From: the human T2T-CHM13v2.0 reference genome, Homo sapiens
Assembly (NCBI RefSeq): GCF_009914755.1
Contig: NC_060931.1
Reading direction: 5' to 3' (one strand)
DNA: 64,000 bases
This document shows positions 26,181-40,488 of the stretch, piece by piece. How positions within the stretch are numbered: position 1 is the first letter of the stretch; every line of letters starts with the position of its first letter. A program made the translations under genes and the position numbers. Under the pieces are notes generated by a model. The model saw only the letters and a program-made list of their open reading frames with translations. It ran no database searches and was not told where the DNA came from.

Positions 26181-26529
26181 ACCATAAGTTTTAAAAATAT
26201 AAATACATAAAAATAGCCAGAAATTTTATGAAGAATGCCTAACATTATATCTGATTATTCCACAATATCAATAATAGCTTCTATGATCCGCAGCAGCTTT
26301 CCAGGTAATGTTTTTGTTTGTTTGTTGATTGGTTGGTGTTTTTTCTTTTCTCCTGGTTACTCTATTTCATTAGTTCAATATAGTTTTTATGTTTTATTTG
26401 TTTTTTTTTTTGCCATTGTCAAAAGTTAACTTCAGTTATGCACTTATACCTTAAAATATGGTTAATATCCAAGTACTAAATTCAAATATCTTGTGTAAGT
26501 TCTCTTTAGATTTATTTAAGAAATTGTTA

Positions 26530-26712
26530 GCCAGGCACAATGGATCATGTCTATAATCTGGGCACTTCAAGAGGCCAAAGTGGGAGGATCACTGGAACCC
26601 AGGAAGTCATGGCTGCAGTAAGCCGTGATTGTACCACTGCACTCCAGCCTGGGTGACAGAGTGAGATCCCATCTTAAAAACAAACAAACAAACAAAGGAA
26701 AAAAAAAAAAAG
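26530..26712 (+). mobile_element. Monomeric Alu (FRAM-like)
   Basis: Single arm with right-arm 3' end and (AAAC)n tail. Confidence 0.85.
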
Positions 26713-26714
26713 AA

Positions 26715-27029
<315 letters not shown>

Positions 27030-27409
27030 AAGAAATTGTCATTAAAAGCATGAGGTAAATTTCCACCGAGAAAATGTTACTATTTCAGTTAAACAATTGT
27101 ACACAGAACGATGGCTAAAACTGACATTTATTTCTGTATTGGTCAAATTTTAATCTGTCCTTTAATAAACTCCTCTGCTAAGAAGTTGATTCTTTTCTTA
27201 TTATTGAATCTTATTATGTCTCTTTGATAATCAGACAATGTGGTATAAATCCTGGTTTTAGGCTATCCTTTAACTTACCATTAATTTGCTATGGATTGTA
27301 CTTTGGTAAGTCTTATAAAACTTTCTTCTATGTAACTCTGAGAACTATCTTCAGATGATCAACTATTTATATAGGGAGTCTAAATTTCAGATTATAATAA
27401 CACTATTTC

Positions 27410-27930
<521 letters not shown>

Positions 27931-28181
27931 ACTCCCAAATGGTTCTGATGCCTTAAGTGGAACTACCATTGAGTCAACACATATTCATATTATGCTGACT
28001 CTATCCCAGATACTGAAAAGGACACTAAGGATGCAAAGGTGATTCCAACAGACATGGTACCTGTCTAGGGATTGTTCAGTCTAGACACAAATGACAGCCA
28101 TGGAATGCTCCAATTAAAAGAAAAATATTTTGAGTAAAACTATTTAAAACACTGGTAATCACATTATCAGGATTCATTCAC

Positions 28182-28536
<355 letters not shown>

Positions 28537-28769
28537 TCAATCTGGAAATGAAAAAGAAAAGAAGAAAAGGAAAGGAAAAAGAATTCTGACTCATTGATAG
28601 ATTTGTTTAGAAATGTTTTTCTTTTTTCTGTTAGAAAGCTCAGAGTTAAAGAGTGGACAAGAGAAATAACATTTTTTCAACTCTTCCATTTTCTAAATAA
28701 AACACTGCCACTATACATTGGAGTATGGGATATTATTTCCACTTTAAAGATAAGGAAACTGACTCAAAT

Positions 28770-29150
28770 ACACGGAAAACAGGATTTAGTAAACGTGATT
28801 TATTTGGAACGTGATCTCAGATCCACAGAGGTGAGAAAAACAGGAAAGGAGAAAGAAAAAGTGCTGATTGAGAGTGTGGTCTCAGCTGGAGACGCTCTTA
28901 ACTCTGATTGCATGGAGACACTCAGGAGCACAAATTGCACCACGGGGTTAGTCCATCACGGGGTTAGTCCATCCAAAAGCAAGGAGGCAGCCTTTGGTAC
29001 CCCTGTGCCAGTCAATATTCATTAAAGGGCAGTTTTTTCAAGGAAGTCGGAGCTAGCTGCTGGACACTAACAGTCAAATCTCAAAGGAGCTGGGAGAGAA
29101 ATGCACAAGCAGGTAAGGGGGTTCTGGTTAGGGGACCTACACCATCCACT
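28770..29150 (-). mobile_element. Old MLT1-like LTR relic
   Basis: aggatttagtaaacgtgatttatttggaacgtgatctcag resembles the reverse MLT1 3' end; weak. Confidence 0.45.
28941..28972. repeat. 16-bp perfect tandem duplication
   Basis: cacggggttagtccat x2. Confidence 0.95.
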
Positions 29151-29923
29151 ATGCGTTTATATTTTAGTGCACCTACAGTCTATAGTTGGGTACCGAATAC
29201 CATCAGTTGAGTTGCTTTGAATTCACACTCGTGTATTCCCCAGGCTTAATTAAGAGCACGTGGTGAATGGGAGGTGGTAATGACTCAGTATAAGATTACC
29301 TAGAGGCTGAATACCTAGTGGGCCAGAAAGCTGTTTTGTGAAAAGATAAAGGTTAGATTTTGCCTTTGGTCAGTTATTTGGAATTATACCCAACACCTTA
29401 CTTTTCCAATCCTTTAGTTAACACCTACTATAAAAATGCTGCCTAATATAATTGCAATGATAAAGCCTATGTAAACTGTAGTTTTATATGAGTTGTTTAC
29501 TCCTAATTATGGTGTTGTCTGTCAATATGGAGTTACCAGGTGGTGTGGGCAGTCACCTAGAGGTTTTTCCATCTGAAAAAGATTGCTTTAAGATCATGGT
29601 GTTTTGGACTCTCTCACTATTTTTTTTTTTATTCTTTATCACTGAAGAAAGAATGAGGCCTATAGTAGTATATAGAACACCTTATTAAAATGAATCATTT
29701 ACACACATCTTTTATCTAAAAACAACATTCAATAAGTGTGAATTGAATCAAACCTGTTGGGCTGGGATAAAAGATGTAAAATCCAACCACGTGATTCTCT
29801 CAGATAAATGCCACAATACACATTCCTGAATATGTTGGATTTAGTAATATGGTGCATTTAGTAAAAGTGTTTTGTTTTTTCCTAATAAGGCCTTTTTGCT
29901 TGAGGAAACAAAATGCAGAAATT

Positions 29924-29981
29924 TTTGTTGTTTTCCTTCTGATTTGCTTCTCTTTGTTGTTTTCCTTCTGATTTGCTTCTC
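29924..29981. repeat. 29-bp perfect tandem duplication
   Basis: tttgttgttttccttctgatttgcttctc x2. Confidence 0.95.
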
Positions 29982-31239
29982 TCTGGTTGTGTTTATACTG
30001 ACTACTGAAATAACAGAGTTCAATACCCAGACAACTGGTTGAATGTTAAATACAGTATGTCTCTCCCACCATTGTGTATATGAAGGGGTATCAGTGTTTT
30101 ATTTGAAACAGTACGTCACTTTGGGTTTTATCCTATGATTATCTAAATTAGAGTCTATATTTAACTGCAATGACAACAGCCATAGCAACCCATGGTTTAG
30201 TAAAGCCAAGGATAACTTTAAAAATCACAGATGAAAGAGATCTGAGGTTCCCTCTTATGTACACTCTTACATGGTTTTGTTTACTAGCCACATTTTAGAG
30301 AAATATGAGTATTTCATCCAGAATAGAATACACAATTATAATTCAGAAGGAAAACATGGAATGAAAGTAAAAAGAATGAGAAAGGCAATTGAAAGCAAAC
30401 AAGAATTCTAGTATAAAAATGTGTTATAAAATGTTTGAAAAATATTTAAATCATTAAATTGATTCCATTCCTAACAAAGATAACCTTTAAGAAATTAGAT
30501 AACTAATGACAAGAAATAAAGTTTCATTTCATGGGCCTTTAAGAAACCATAATTTATTTATAGACATTTGGAAGCAGTCAGTATATTCTTTTGACCATAG
30601 GCACCAGTCTTAAAACCATCACATCTCTTTCAGTCTTCGTAGGGGCATTGACAACAGAGTTTCAGTGTAGTTCCTAATTAAAGATTAAGAATACTTTGAA
30701 AATATAAAACAAATGTATATTTTTTAATGTATCATTTGGGGCCTTAACCATTGAGGAAATCATAGAGAAGTTTGTCGTGAGGGACAAGGGGAATATACCA
30801 CACGTTTACAGGAAACAAAAAGGTAAGAATAAGTTTTATAATTTTATTCTTTGGAGGTCATGAAAAAAATTTCTTAATATCTTTGCAATTCACCAGTTGT
30901 ATTTTCTCCTAGAAAAGAAAATGTAGCAAATTTATTTGGGGAAATAATATATTTAAACAATGTAATGCATGCCATATAAGAAAATTTTTAGGGTTTTAAA
31001 ATTAGTATAGCTGTGTTGACTTATGAAAATAAAAAAGGTATCTTGTCTGTCCAGAATCATTAGGCCATAAGTCATTTGGAAGATAAATATTTTCTAATGA
31101 GTTAAGAATTTATACCTTTACTCACTATAAGGATTTGCTTATATTTTAAATATTTTATAGAAGTTTTTTCTAAAATATTGTGTATGAATGTGTGTGTGTT
31201 TTTAGAGTATGGTGTGATGAATATAATTCGAGCATCATG

Positions 31240-31460
31240 CTGAGAGCAAAAATAGGGCTTGGCATTGATGGATCAGGATTCTAGTTTTACCTTTTAGCAG
31301 CTTTTGGGAAAGTTGCTAAAATAGTTCTGAGTCTCAAAGGTTTTATTTGTTTTTGTTTATTTTGTTTTAGTCTGTGATGTAGGGATAATGATATATTTCT
31401 TGGGATTGTTGTAAAAATTAAATTTGATTGAAATTACACAAGTTCCCTGGTACTCACCCA
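31240..31460 (+). mobile_element. MIR
   Basis: ttgggaaagttgctaaa...tctgagtctca...tctgtgatgtagggataatgata. Confidence 0.6.
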
Positions 31461-31724
31461 TTCCTTAGATGACTTGAAACCATCATTGTGAACATCAGTT
31501 AAGAGATTTGTTTGACCATCTTCTAATTAAGACTGAGGTTTTTTAGTTCCTTTGTCTGATTAAACATTTTTTCTGTTTCTTTTGTCATTTCTCCTCCAAT
31601 TTGCTCCCTCTAATTTACAGTAAGCCTTGAAAAACAGATATATATTTTAAAAAGGAATAAAAATACAACCATCCAAAAAGCCAACTAAAAAGTAATTCTT
31701 TGAACCACTATACTAATTGTGTAC

Positions 31725-31900
31725 AAATGTGCTGTTCGATTCAGTAGGTCCAGTCCACATTTTAATTTTAATTAAGAGTTCAGTTCTTGAGTTTCACCTT
31801 TCAAATGGGTGATAACCACAGTAGCTAGTAGCTGCTGTACTAGATAGCATAGAGAAGCATTTCGATCATCACAGAAGATTCTGTTTTACAATGCTGGTCT
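31725..31900 (-). mobile_element. MER3-type relic
   Basis: gtagctagtagctgctgtactagatagcatag...catcacagaagattctgtttt. Confidence 0.7.
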
Positions 31901-32429
31901 ACAATGTCTAAAGCTCTGAATTTGTGTTGTGGAATTCTGAAGATGAGTGGAATGTGGCTCTTGCTTTCAATGTAACTCAAGTCTGTGAAAGAAAATACTT
32001 AGGGGAAATGTTTGGAAAATATGAAAAATTCAGTGATGTGGATGATGACTATTTGACAAACATTGGGGAGTTAGCGTAAACAGTTCAGGATAAAAGGAAG
32101 ATAGAAATGACTGAGCTGAAACCTAAAGCATATTAGTGATATTTGTGACCTTCCCAGTGCATGAAAGATTATAAAACATTCCAATGTGGGCCCACTTGCA
32201 AGAGGAGGCAAGGGGAAGGGGCAATTCTATTTGTATCCAGAATGTTGTATTTTTCTTTTAAAATGTTCTGTATTAAAATATTTTTACTATAAATATGTAT
32301 AATTTCAATAATACAAGTTAAAAATTTATTTTAAAGAATCTTGACCTTTGTGTAATAGCATTGACTTTCTGCCCCTTTTCTCATCTCTGAAAACTCTTCC
32401 TGGCATCCCTTCCCATTTTTGTCTTTTAG

Positions 32430-33230
32430 CTCTCCCACACTAAGGGAGGCATCTACCCTCCTGTCCAAGCTTCATGTACGCTCGTGAGCTTGAATGCCGT
32501 TTCTTTTTATCTCAAATATCACCTGATATTTTATTCTTTTTCTCTTCTCTCTTCAAACATACCTTCTCTATGATTTTTCCCTTCAGTCTATAAATACATG
32601 TAAGGTTTCTGAATCAACCAACCCCCTGTTGATCCTACTTTTCTGTCAGTCTCCCTTTTCCACCAAATTTTCTAAAAACATGGCTTCAATTTGTTGTCTC
32701 CAATTCCTCACTTATAATTTACTCTTCAACTCTGAAATTGAATTTTTCCTCTAAGCATGAAATTGCTGTATCATTTACCAAGGTCTCCAGTTATTGTCAT
32801 CAACAATTAATCTTGTCAATTCTAGCAGACCATTTATAGTTTATCTTTTTCTTGGGAAATATGTTGATCACTCCGTTTACCTATGTTAATGACACCACAA
32901 TCTGTCTTATGTATATATGAGACAGAGATATCTGAGCACATCTACAATTGCCCATTAAGTAAATATTTTCACAAGGATTTGCCGTAGGCAATTCAAACTT
33001 TTCTTTAACATGAACTGGTCATCTCACCAAAATTTCCTCCTCCTGTCCCAGGTAGCAATGATTGATACCTCCTTAAAGTCCCTCTAATCCAATCCATCCT
33101 TTCCACCCCCACTATCATTGACTTCATGCAAATGTAACTTACTCACAAAGTCTCTGACTGAATGTTCGCCCTTCTCCAATCCATTGTCCACGCTGCCTCC
33201 TGGGTGATTTTTCCAGTATCAAATCAGCTG
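32430..33230 (+). mobile_element. Old L2 fragment
   Basis: gtctccaattcctcact...ctccaatccattgtccacgctgcc...gtgatttttcc; approximate. Confidence 0.6.
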
Positions 33231-34412
33231 TATCAGTTCCTTTTCTGTTTCCTTTATTTTTAACTTGCTTTTCTGCTACAGCTCTCTGATAGTTTCTCTC
33301 ACTTTTAAAAATACCTATTGCCTAAATAAATAATTTTTTCTTTTTAAGAGAAAGCAAACACAGAATTTTCAAGGTTTTAGCACTACATTGAGAATCTCCT
33401 GAAAAGCATCCAAATATGACACTTTTCCTTGAGTTTCACCTTCCCTTGAGGGTCTGTCACAGTCACACTGCCACCGCCAACATGCTAGGTTCTGAAGATG
33501 CCACTTCTCTGATAAATTTTGGTTTCAGACAATACCTAATCTCTTTACACAATACTCAGAGAAGGACCAAGTATAAATATAATTATAACTAAATGTTATA
33601 AAATATATAATTAAAATTTTAGGGAGGACTGTAAGAAAATCAGCAAGGGAAATCACAAAAGTAACACTTACTGGTTTTATTATTTTAAATCTTGCTGCCT
33701 TCTTTGTTTTTAAAAAGCTCTATAGATCTCTTAGGCCAACGTGTTACATGAAGAGAAAGTAGGCTTCTCGCATAGCTGTTCAACTGCTTTCCTAGTTTAT
33801 GAATAAATAAGCCAAGATCAATAGAGTGCTGTTTCCATTCCCTCTCTATTGGCTTGTGATTGTCTATGCAGAGGCTGATGCCAGGCTCTGGCAGAACATT
33901 AATGTGGACTCACAGTTATGGATACATGATTCACATTTAAAAATCCAATAAGAACCAGAGTTGGCAGGCACGAGCCTGGCAGATTGGCAATTATTTTGAC
34001 GATGTGAAAGTTGTTTTTTAACTTTCCTATAAAATACATGTGCATGATATGACGCTGCTTTTAGAAGAATTCAATGAATATTTCGTGGCTGTTGTGAATA
34101 GAAAGTTGCTCTTGATAATGCAACTAGGACTAGTCTCAAGACACAATTGGCTCAGTGGCCTAATTACTGTCAATGCCATCAGTGAGAAGGGTTTATTATT
34201 AGTTATTCTCAAATTACTATCTTAAATAATTTCCAATATTCTATCAGGTCGTGGCAGAGAACTCCACACAGAAAATCAATCAGCTTAAAAACCCGAAGAC
34301 AGGTTTTGCAGTTAATTTGTATGGGTTTGGGTAAAGGGGAACCAGGAGACATGAGAATGCCACTTTAATAAAAACTACATGGTCACATGGTCATTAATTA
34401 TCTTATGTCTTA

Positions 34413-34714
34413 GGCTGGGCACAGTGGCTCAGGCCTATAATCCCAGCACTTTGGGAAGATGAGGTGAGAGCCTCACTTGAGCCTGGGAGTTTGAGACCGG
34501 TCTGGGCAACGTAGCCAGACCCCAATTCACAAAAAACAAAAAGAATTACCTGGCTCTGGTGGCTTGCATTTATAGTCCTAGCTACTCAGGAGGCTGAGGT
34601 GAGAGGATCGCTTAAGCCTGGGAAGTTGAGGCTGCAGTGAGCTAGGATCACTCCACTGTACTCCAGCATGGGCAACAGTGAGAACTTGTCTCTCAAAAAT
34701 ATATATATATAAAA
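34413..34714 (+). mobile_element. AluJ
   Basis: Full dimer with (TA)n in tail. Confidence 0.92.
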
Positions 34715-35000
34715 ATTATAATGCCTCATTAAATTAAAATTTTTCCTTATAAAATGAGACTGTCCCATAAGAAGTATGTGAAACATTATTTAATTTCTTT
34801 AGTTCACATGTGGATTAAATCTTTCATGTCACGAGCATATCTGCATTGGCCTATGTGTGAACCTATAGTGATGTTTATGTTCATAATAATGATCTTGAAA
34901 CTTTTCATAGAAAATCCTTATATTTTTTAAGACATTGTTTTGTATAGTTTCAATGTTAAGATTAATTTAAGGTTAAAATTAATTTAATTGCAACCAGAGT

Positions 35001-35321
35001 ATTTTATTTTATTTTATTTTGAAACGAAATCTTGCTCTGTCACTCAGGCTGGAGTGCAGTGGTGTGATCTTGGATCTTGGCTCACTGCTACCTCTGCCTC
35101 CCAGGTTCAAGCGATTCCCCTGCCTCAGCCTCCCGAGTAGCTGCGACTACAGGCATGTGCTACCATGCCCAGTGAATTTTTTTTTTCTTTTTTGTATTTT
35201 TGGTAGAGACTTGGTTTTACCATGTTGACCAGGCTGGTCTTGAACTCCTGACCTCAAGTGATCTGCCTGCATTGGCCTCCCAAGGTGCTGGGATTACAGG
35301 CATGAGCCACAGCACCCAGCC
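35001..35321 (-). mobile_element. AluSz/Sx
   Basis: Full dimer with (TTTTA)n tail; TSD caaccagagt. Confidence 0.93.
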
Positions 35322-35334
35322 CTCAACCAGAGTC

Positions 35335-37725
35335 TTTTTTTTTAACTTTTAGGTTAAAGGGTACTTGTGCAAGATGTTACATAGGTAAATGTGTGTCATG
35401 GGGGTTTGTTGTACAGATTATTTCTTCACCCAGGTAACTAGTACCCATTAGTTATTTTTCGTGATCCTTTCTCTCCTCCCACCCTCCACCCTCCAAAAGT
35501 CTCCAGTGTGTGTTGTTTCCCTTTATGGGTCTCTGTATTCTCATCATTTAGCTCCCACTTATAAGTGAGAACATGCGGTATTTGGTTTTCTGTTCCTGCA
35601 TTAGTTTGCTAAGGATAATGGCCTCCAGCTCCATCCATGTCCCTGCAAAGGATGTGGTCTCATTCTTTTTCATGGCTGCATAGTATTCCATGGTATATAT
35701 GTATCACATTTTCTTTACCCATTCTATCATTGATGGGCATTTGGGTTTATTCCATATCTTTGCTATTGCGAATAGTGCTGCAGTGAACACACACGTGCAT
35801 GTGTTTTCATAATAGAACAATTTATATTCCTTTGGGTATATACCCAGTAATGGGATTGCTGAGTCAAATGGTAGTTCTGTCTTTAGGTCTTTGAGGAATT
35901 GTCACACTGTTTTCCACAATGGTTGAACTAATTTACACTCCCACCAACAGTGTATATGCATTCGTTTTTCTCCACAACCTTGCCAGCATATTATTTTTTG
36001 ACTTTTTAATTATAGCCATCCTGATTGGTGTGAGATGCTTTCTCATTGTGGTTTTGATTTGCATGATGTTGAACTTTTTTTTCATATGATTGTTGGTTGC
36101 ACGTATGTCTTCTTTCAAGAAGTGTCTGTTCATGTCATTTGCCCACTTTTTAATGGCATTGTTTTTTTCTCATCAATTTAAGTTCTTTATAGATGCTAGA
36201 TATTAGCCCTTTGTCAGATGCATACTTTGCAAAAATTTTCTCCCAGTCTGTAGGTTGTCTGTTTACTCTGTTGATTGATTCTTTTGCTGTGCAGAAGCTC
36301 TTTAGTTTATTTAGACTCCATTTGTCAATTTTTGCTTTTGTTGCAATTGCTTTTGGTGTGTTTGTCATGAAATCTTTGCCCATGCCTGTGTCCTGAATGG
36401 TAATTGCGTAGGTTATCTTCCAGGGTTTTTACAGTTTGGGGTTTTACATATAAGTCTTTAATCCATCATGGTTAATTTTTGTATATTGTGTAAGGAAGAG
36501 GTCCAGTTTCAATTTTCTGCATATGGCTAGCCAGTTATCCTAGCACCATTTATTAAGTAGCGTATCCTTTTCTCTATTGCATTTTTGTCATTTTTGTCAA
36601 AGATCAGATAGTTCTAGGTAAATGGTCTTATTTCTGGGCTCTCTATTCTATTCCATTGTTCTATGTGTCTGTTTTGGTTACTGTAGCCCTGGTAGTACAG
36701 TTTGAAGTTGGGTAGTGTGATGCCTTCAGCTTTTTTTTTTTTTTAATATTCTCTTAAGAGTTTATTATAAACCAGTTTCATGGGCCACAAGGAAATAAAA
36801 GGACTATGTACAGCCTTTCAGGAAAGAGGCAGGGAGCTAGGAGGGCCAAGATGAGTCTAGGGTCTTGATGGGCACATTCTCAGGGGATGGGGCTCTGTAA
36901 GGAAAACCAGACAATCTGGAGAGACTCCGTGAACAGCAGCATAACAAACAAATAGGTCTGTGGTAATGTGGCCCTGAGGAGTTGAGCCCATGTCTCTGTG
37001 GAGCTACTTCCATACTCTGTGGCCAAGGGTCAAAGACGGCCTCGCATCCCATGGGGAGGAGGCTGCATTCCCAGAGGGGATATGCCCACTGGAGTCTGTC
37101 TCCCAGGGGAGATCCCCACTGGGGGACCATAGGAGGCCTGACACCAGGAGGTAGGCCCATCACACCTTCAAGAGAAAAGCCCCAAGAATGTAACTCAAGT
37201 GTCTGTCTTGGAAAGATATCAAGAAACTATAAAGCTGTCCACCAAGTTCTGAGATAGGTGGACAATTCCACCCTCTCAGCACCTCCTAGAAAACTGACAT
37301 TTGAGCCTAACACCTAGGGTTCCCAATGGCTTTGCTCTTTTTGCATAAGACTGCCTTGACTTTAGACTGCCCTGGCTATTCAGGCTCATTTGGCTCCATA
37401 TGAATTTTAAAATAGATTTTTCTAGGTCTGCAAAGAATGTCAGTGGTAGTTTAATGGGAACAGCATTGAATCTATAAATTGCTTTGGGCAGTATGGCTGC
37501 TTTCATGATATTGATTCTTCCTATCCATGAGCATACAATGTTTTTCCATTTGTTTGTGTCATCTCTGATTTTTTTGCGTAGTGGTTTCTAGTTCTCCCTG
37601 TAGAGCTCTTTCGCTTCCCCTGCTAGCTGTATTCCTAGGTATTTTATTCTTTTTGTGGCATTTGTGAATGGGAGTTTGTTCATGATTTGGATCTCGGCTT
37701 GACTGTTGTTAGTGTATAAGAATGC
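35335..37725 (-). mobile_element. L1PA (~L1PA11-13-type), 5'-truncated, interrupted by SNRPB retrocopy
   Basis: L1PA 3' UTR; ORFs [22 protein letters not shown] and [18 protein letters not shown]; flanking caacc(a/g)gagtctttt. Confidence 0.95.
36734..37328 (-). pseudogene. SNRPB: 5'-truncated SNRPB (SmB isoform) retrocopy with apparent retained intron segment
   Basis: Decayed [21 protein letters not shown]...PGMRGLL* C-terminus (1-nt deletion), SNRPB-like 3' UTR, AATAAA (36761-36766 on minus strand), poly(A) 36731-36744, short TSD gcttt. Symbol names the parent gene. Confidence 0.92.
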
Positions 37726-39639
37726 AACCGGAGTCTTTTACAATTCTAAAACGAGTATTCTTTGAATTGTAACCTTCGTCAACAAGTATATATTTTCTGA
37801 ATCACAGAGCTAAAAAGTACCTTTGAAATTATGTAGCTTATTGATTTACAAATCTGTTTATGGATCCTCACCTGGGGAGGATTTTTGTTTTTTTAAAAAA
37901 GATAGATCTCTAGGACTTACCCAAAGCTGACTATAATTTGAGAATTAGGGTTCTTAAGAAATTCCTTAAATATGACAATGCTGATGAATGGCTAGTTTAG
38001 GAAACTAAGAATAAATTTATTATTTCCAGTTTGTAGAAGATTGAGGCAGACCAAAGGAGGTAAAGTGACTTCCCCAAATAACAGCAGATCTGACACAAGA
38101 TTCTAAGCCTCTCAACTTCTAAACCTGTGGAATTTCTATGAAAAAAATACAGAATTTTCTAAGTTATCTGAAAGACGTGAATTAGCTAAAAGAATTACCC
38201 AAAACAGTGGACAATGTGTAGTTTCTGTGATTTCATATAATGAGTGTCTAATAGATATAAAGTTGTTTGCTTCTTTCTTAGGTGCTATTGGTCCACATTC
38301 TGAGTAAATTATGTGTTTGCTTGAAATTTGCTGGCAGGGATTGAGGCCATGCCAACAAACGTTACTTGTGACAAGAGCAAGCATATTAATGTCAATAAAA
38401 TATTCATATTATAATAGTATTTTACTTTCCTGTAATTTTCTAAGAAACTCAATGTGATATTTTCCTTCAACTTCCAGCCTTGTGGTTTTTATAAGCTGGA
38501 TTTTCAAGTGACATTGAAATGAAGCATTATGTTCTAAAAATATATTCACTTGTTTTATAATACAACATTCCTGAGACATGAGCAATTACTTTTTATGCTG
38601 CTGCAAAGCTACAATCATACTAAATTCTAGCCAAGTCAATAGGTTCAACTACAGCAGCCATTACATGAATCATAAATCATGGAAAAGGACCCCTATAATT
38701 CATTGCGTTTTTTTTTTTATCTCTGAAGAACCTTGCATTAATAAAGCAGCTAAAATCTATGTAATCTTCATTAATTTCTACCTGTTGACACCCTTCAGTT
38801 TTACCTTAGAACCCACTGTTGATAATAAGCACTCTGAAACATTTGTATGGTTCAGAATTCAGCTCTAAGTGCATTTGGTTGAACAGCATTCTAGGTCTTT
38901 AAAAAATGATTTGTTTACAATAGTAATTATTTATTCTCATGCTGAATTGAAATTGCAGTTCTCTCCATGGGAAACCATCGCTATTCCATTATTTATTGGT
39001 TCTAGCGAGTACATTAAACTTTGATAAAGTAGGCAATCCTTTTATTTTGCCATTGTAAAGTGTCTTCTAAAATATACCAGCCAGTGCACTTTCCTGCTCT
39101 TAAATGAAAAGCAGGGGAATGTCTCTCTGGCCATTCTGTCATCAGTGTGCTTTGAAGCTTTTTATGAGGATCAATAATCATGGTATATGCCAGAGAAGTA
39201 AAGCCTTTGAAGAACAGAGTACTAGCTCTGTTTTGAAATAGCAGATTCAGGTTCAATGCAACCACTGCAAAATGAGGGGCAGAAATAGAACATCTCCAAG
39301 GAATTTTTAGCTCCAAAGGACTATATGATTTTGTAAATGAGAGGTTGGACATCTGTACTGACTCTTGTCGATCATCTTAAATTTCTAGCATCAACCTCTT
39401 CTGTCATCTTTAGATTTCTATTAGAAGTAGAGAGGATATTCTAATTAACTGAGGTTTAATCTTAATTAACTAGTAAAAAGAATAATTAATCAGAACACTG
39501 ATTCGTTGAGCATGCCAACTGATCAAGTAACGTGAACACTATCTGTGCAACAAACATGAAAAGAAATGCCTGATAAAACTCATTCTTGTTCTATGCTCCT
39601 CTCATACCTGTTCATGTTCTCTTACCTTGTCTACCATTC

Positions 39640-39805
39640 TTTTATTTTCTTTTGTTTGTTGAGACCGGGTCTCACTGTTGCCTGAGCTGGAGTGCAGTGG
39701 CATGATCATAGCTTACAGCGGCCTCAAAGTCCTGGGCTCAGGTGATCCTCCTGCCTCAGCCTCCGGAGTAGCTAGGACTAAAGGCACATACCACAATCCC
39801 CAGCT
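39640..39805 (-). mobile_element. Alu right-arm monomer (FRAM/AluJ)
   Basis: gagaccgggtctcactg...tcctgggctcaggtgatcctcctgcctcagcc; flanking taccattc repeats. Confidence 0.88.
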
Positions 39806-40014
39806 CTTACCATTCGTAGGGAAAGAAATAGAGCAGAAATGACTCAGACTTTTTACAGGGCTTCAGATAGTTTTGTCCTTCTTTTCCTAATATGTAGTCA
39901 GAAAAATGGGCAAAAATAATTAGATAAATAACCTAATCTATTTAAGTTTGTTCTGAGATGTTTTATAGATATTTTGTAGAATCACTTTGTTACAAATGCT
40001 TTGAGGATATCCTA

Positions 40015-40488
<474 letters not shown>

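Noticed and set aside
36837-37163. 108-aa ORF starting [12 protein letters not shown]
   Set aside because: GTG start and a frameshifted SNRPB remnant running through 3' UTR; pseudogene, not a CDS
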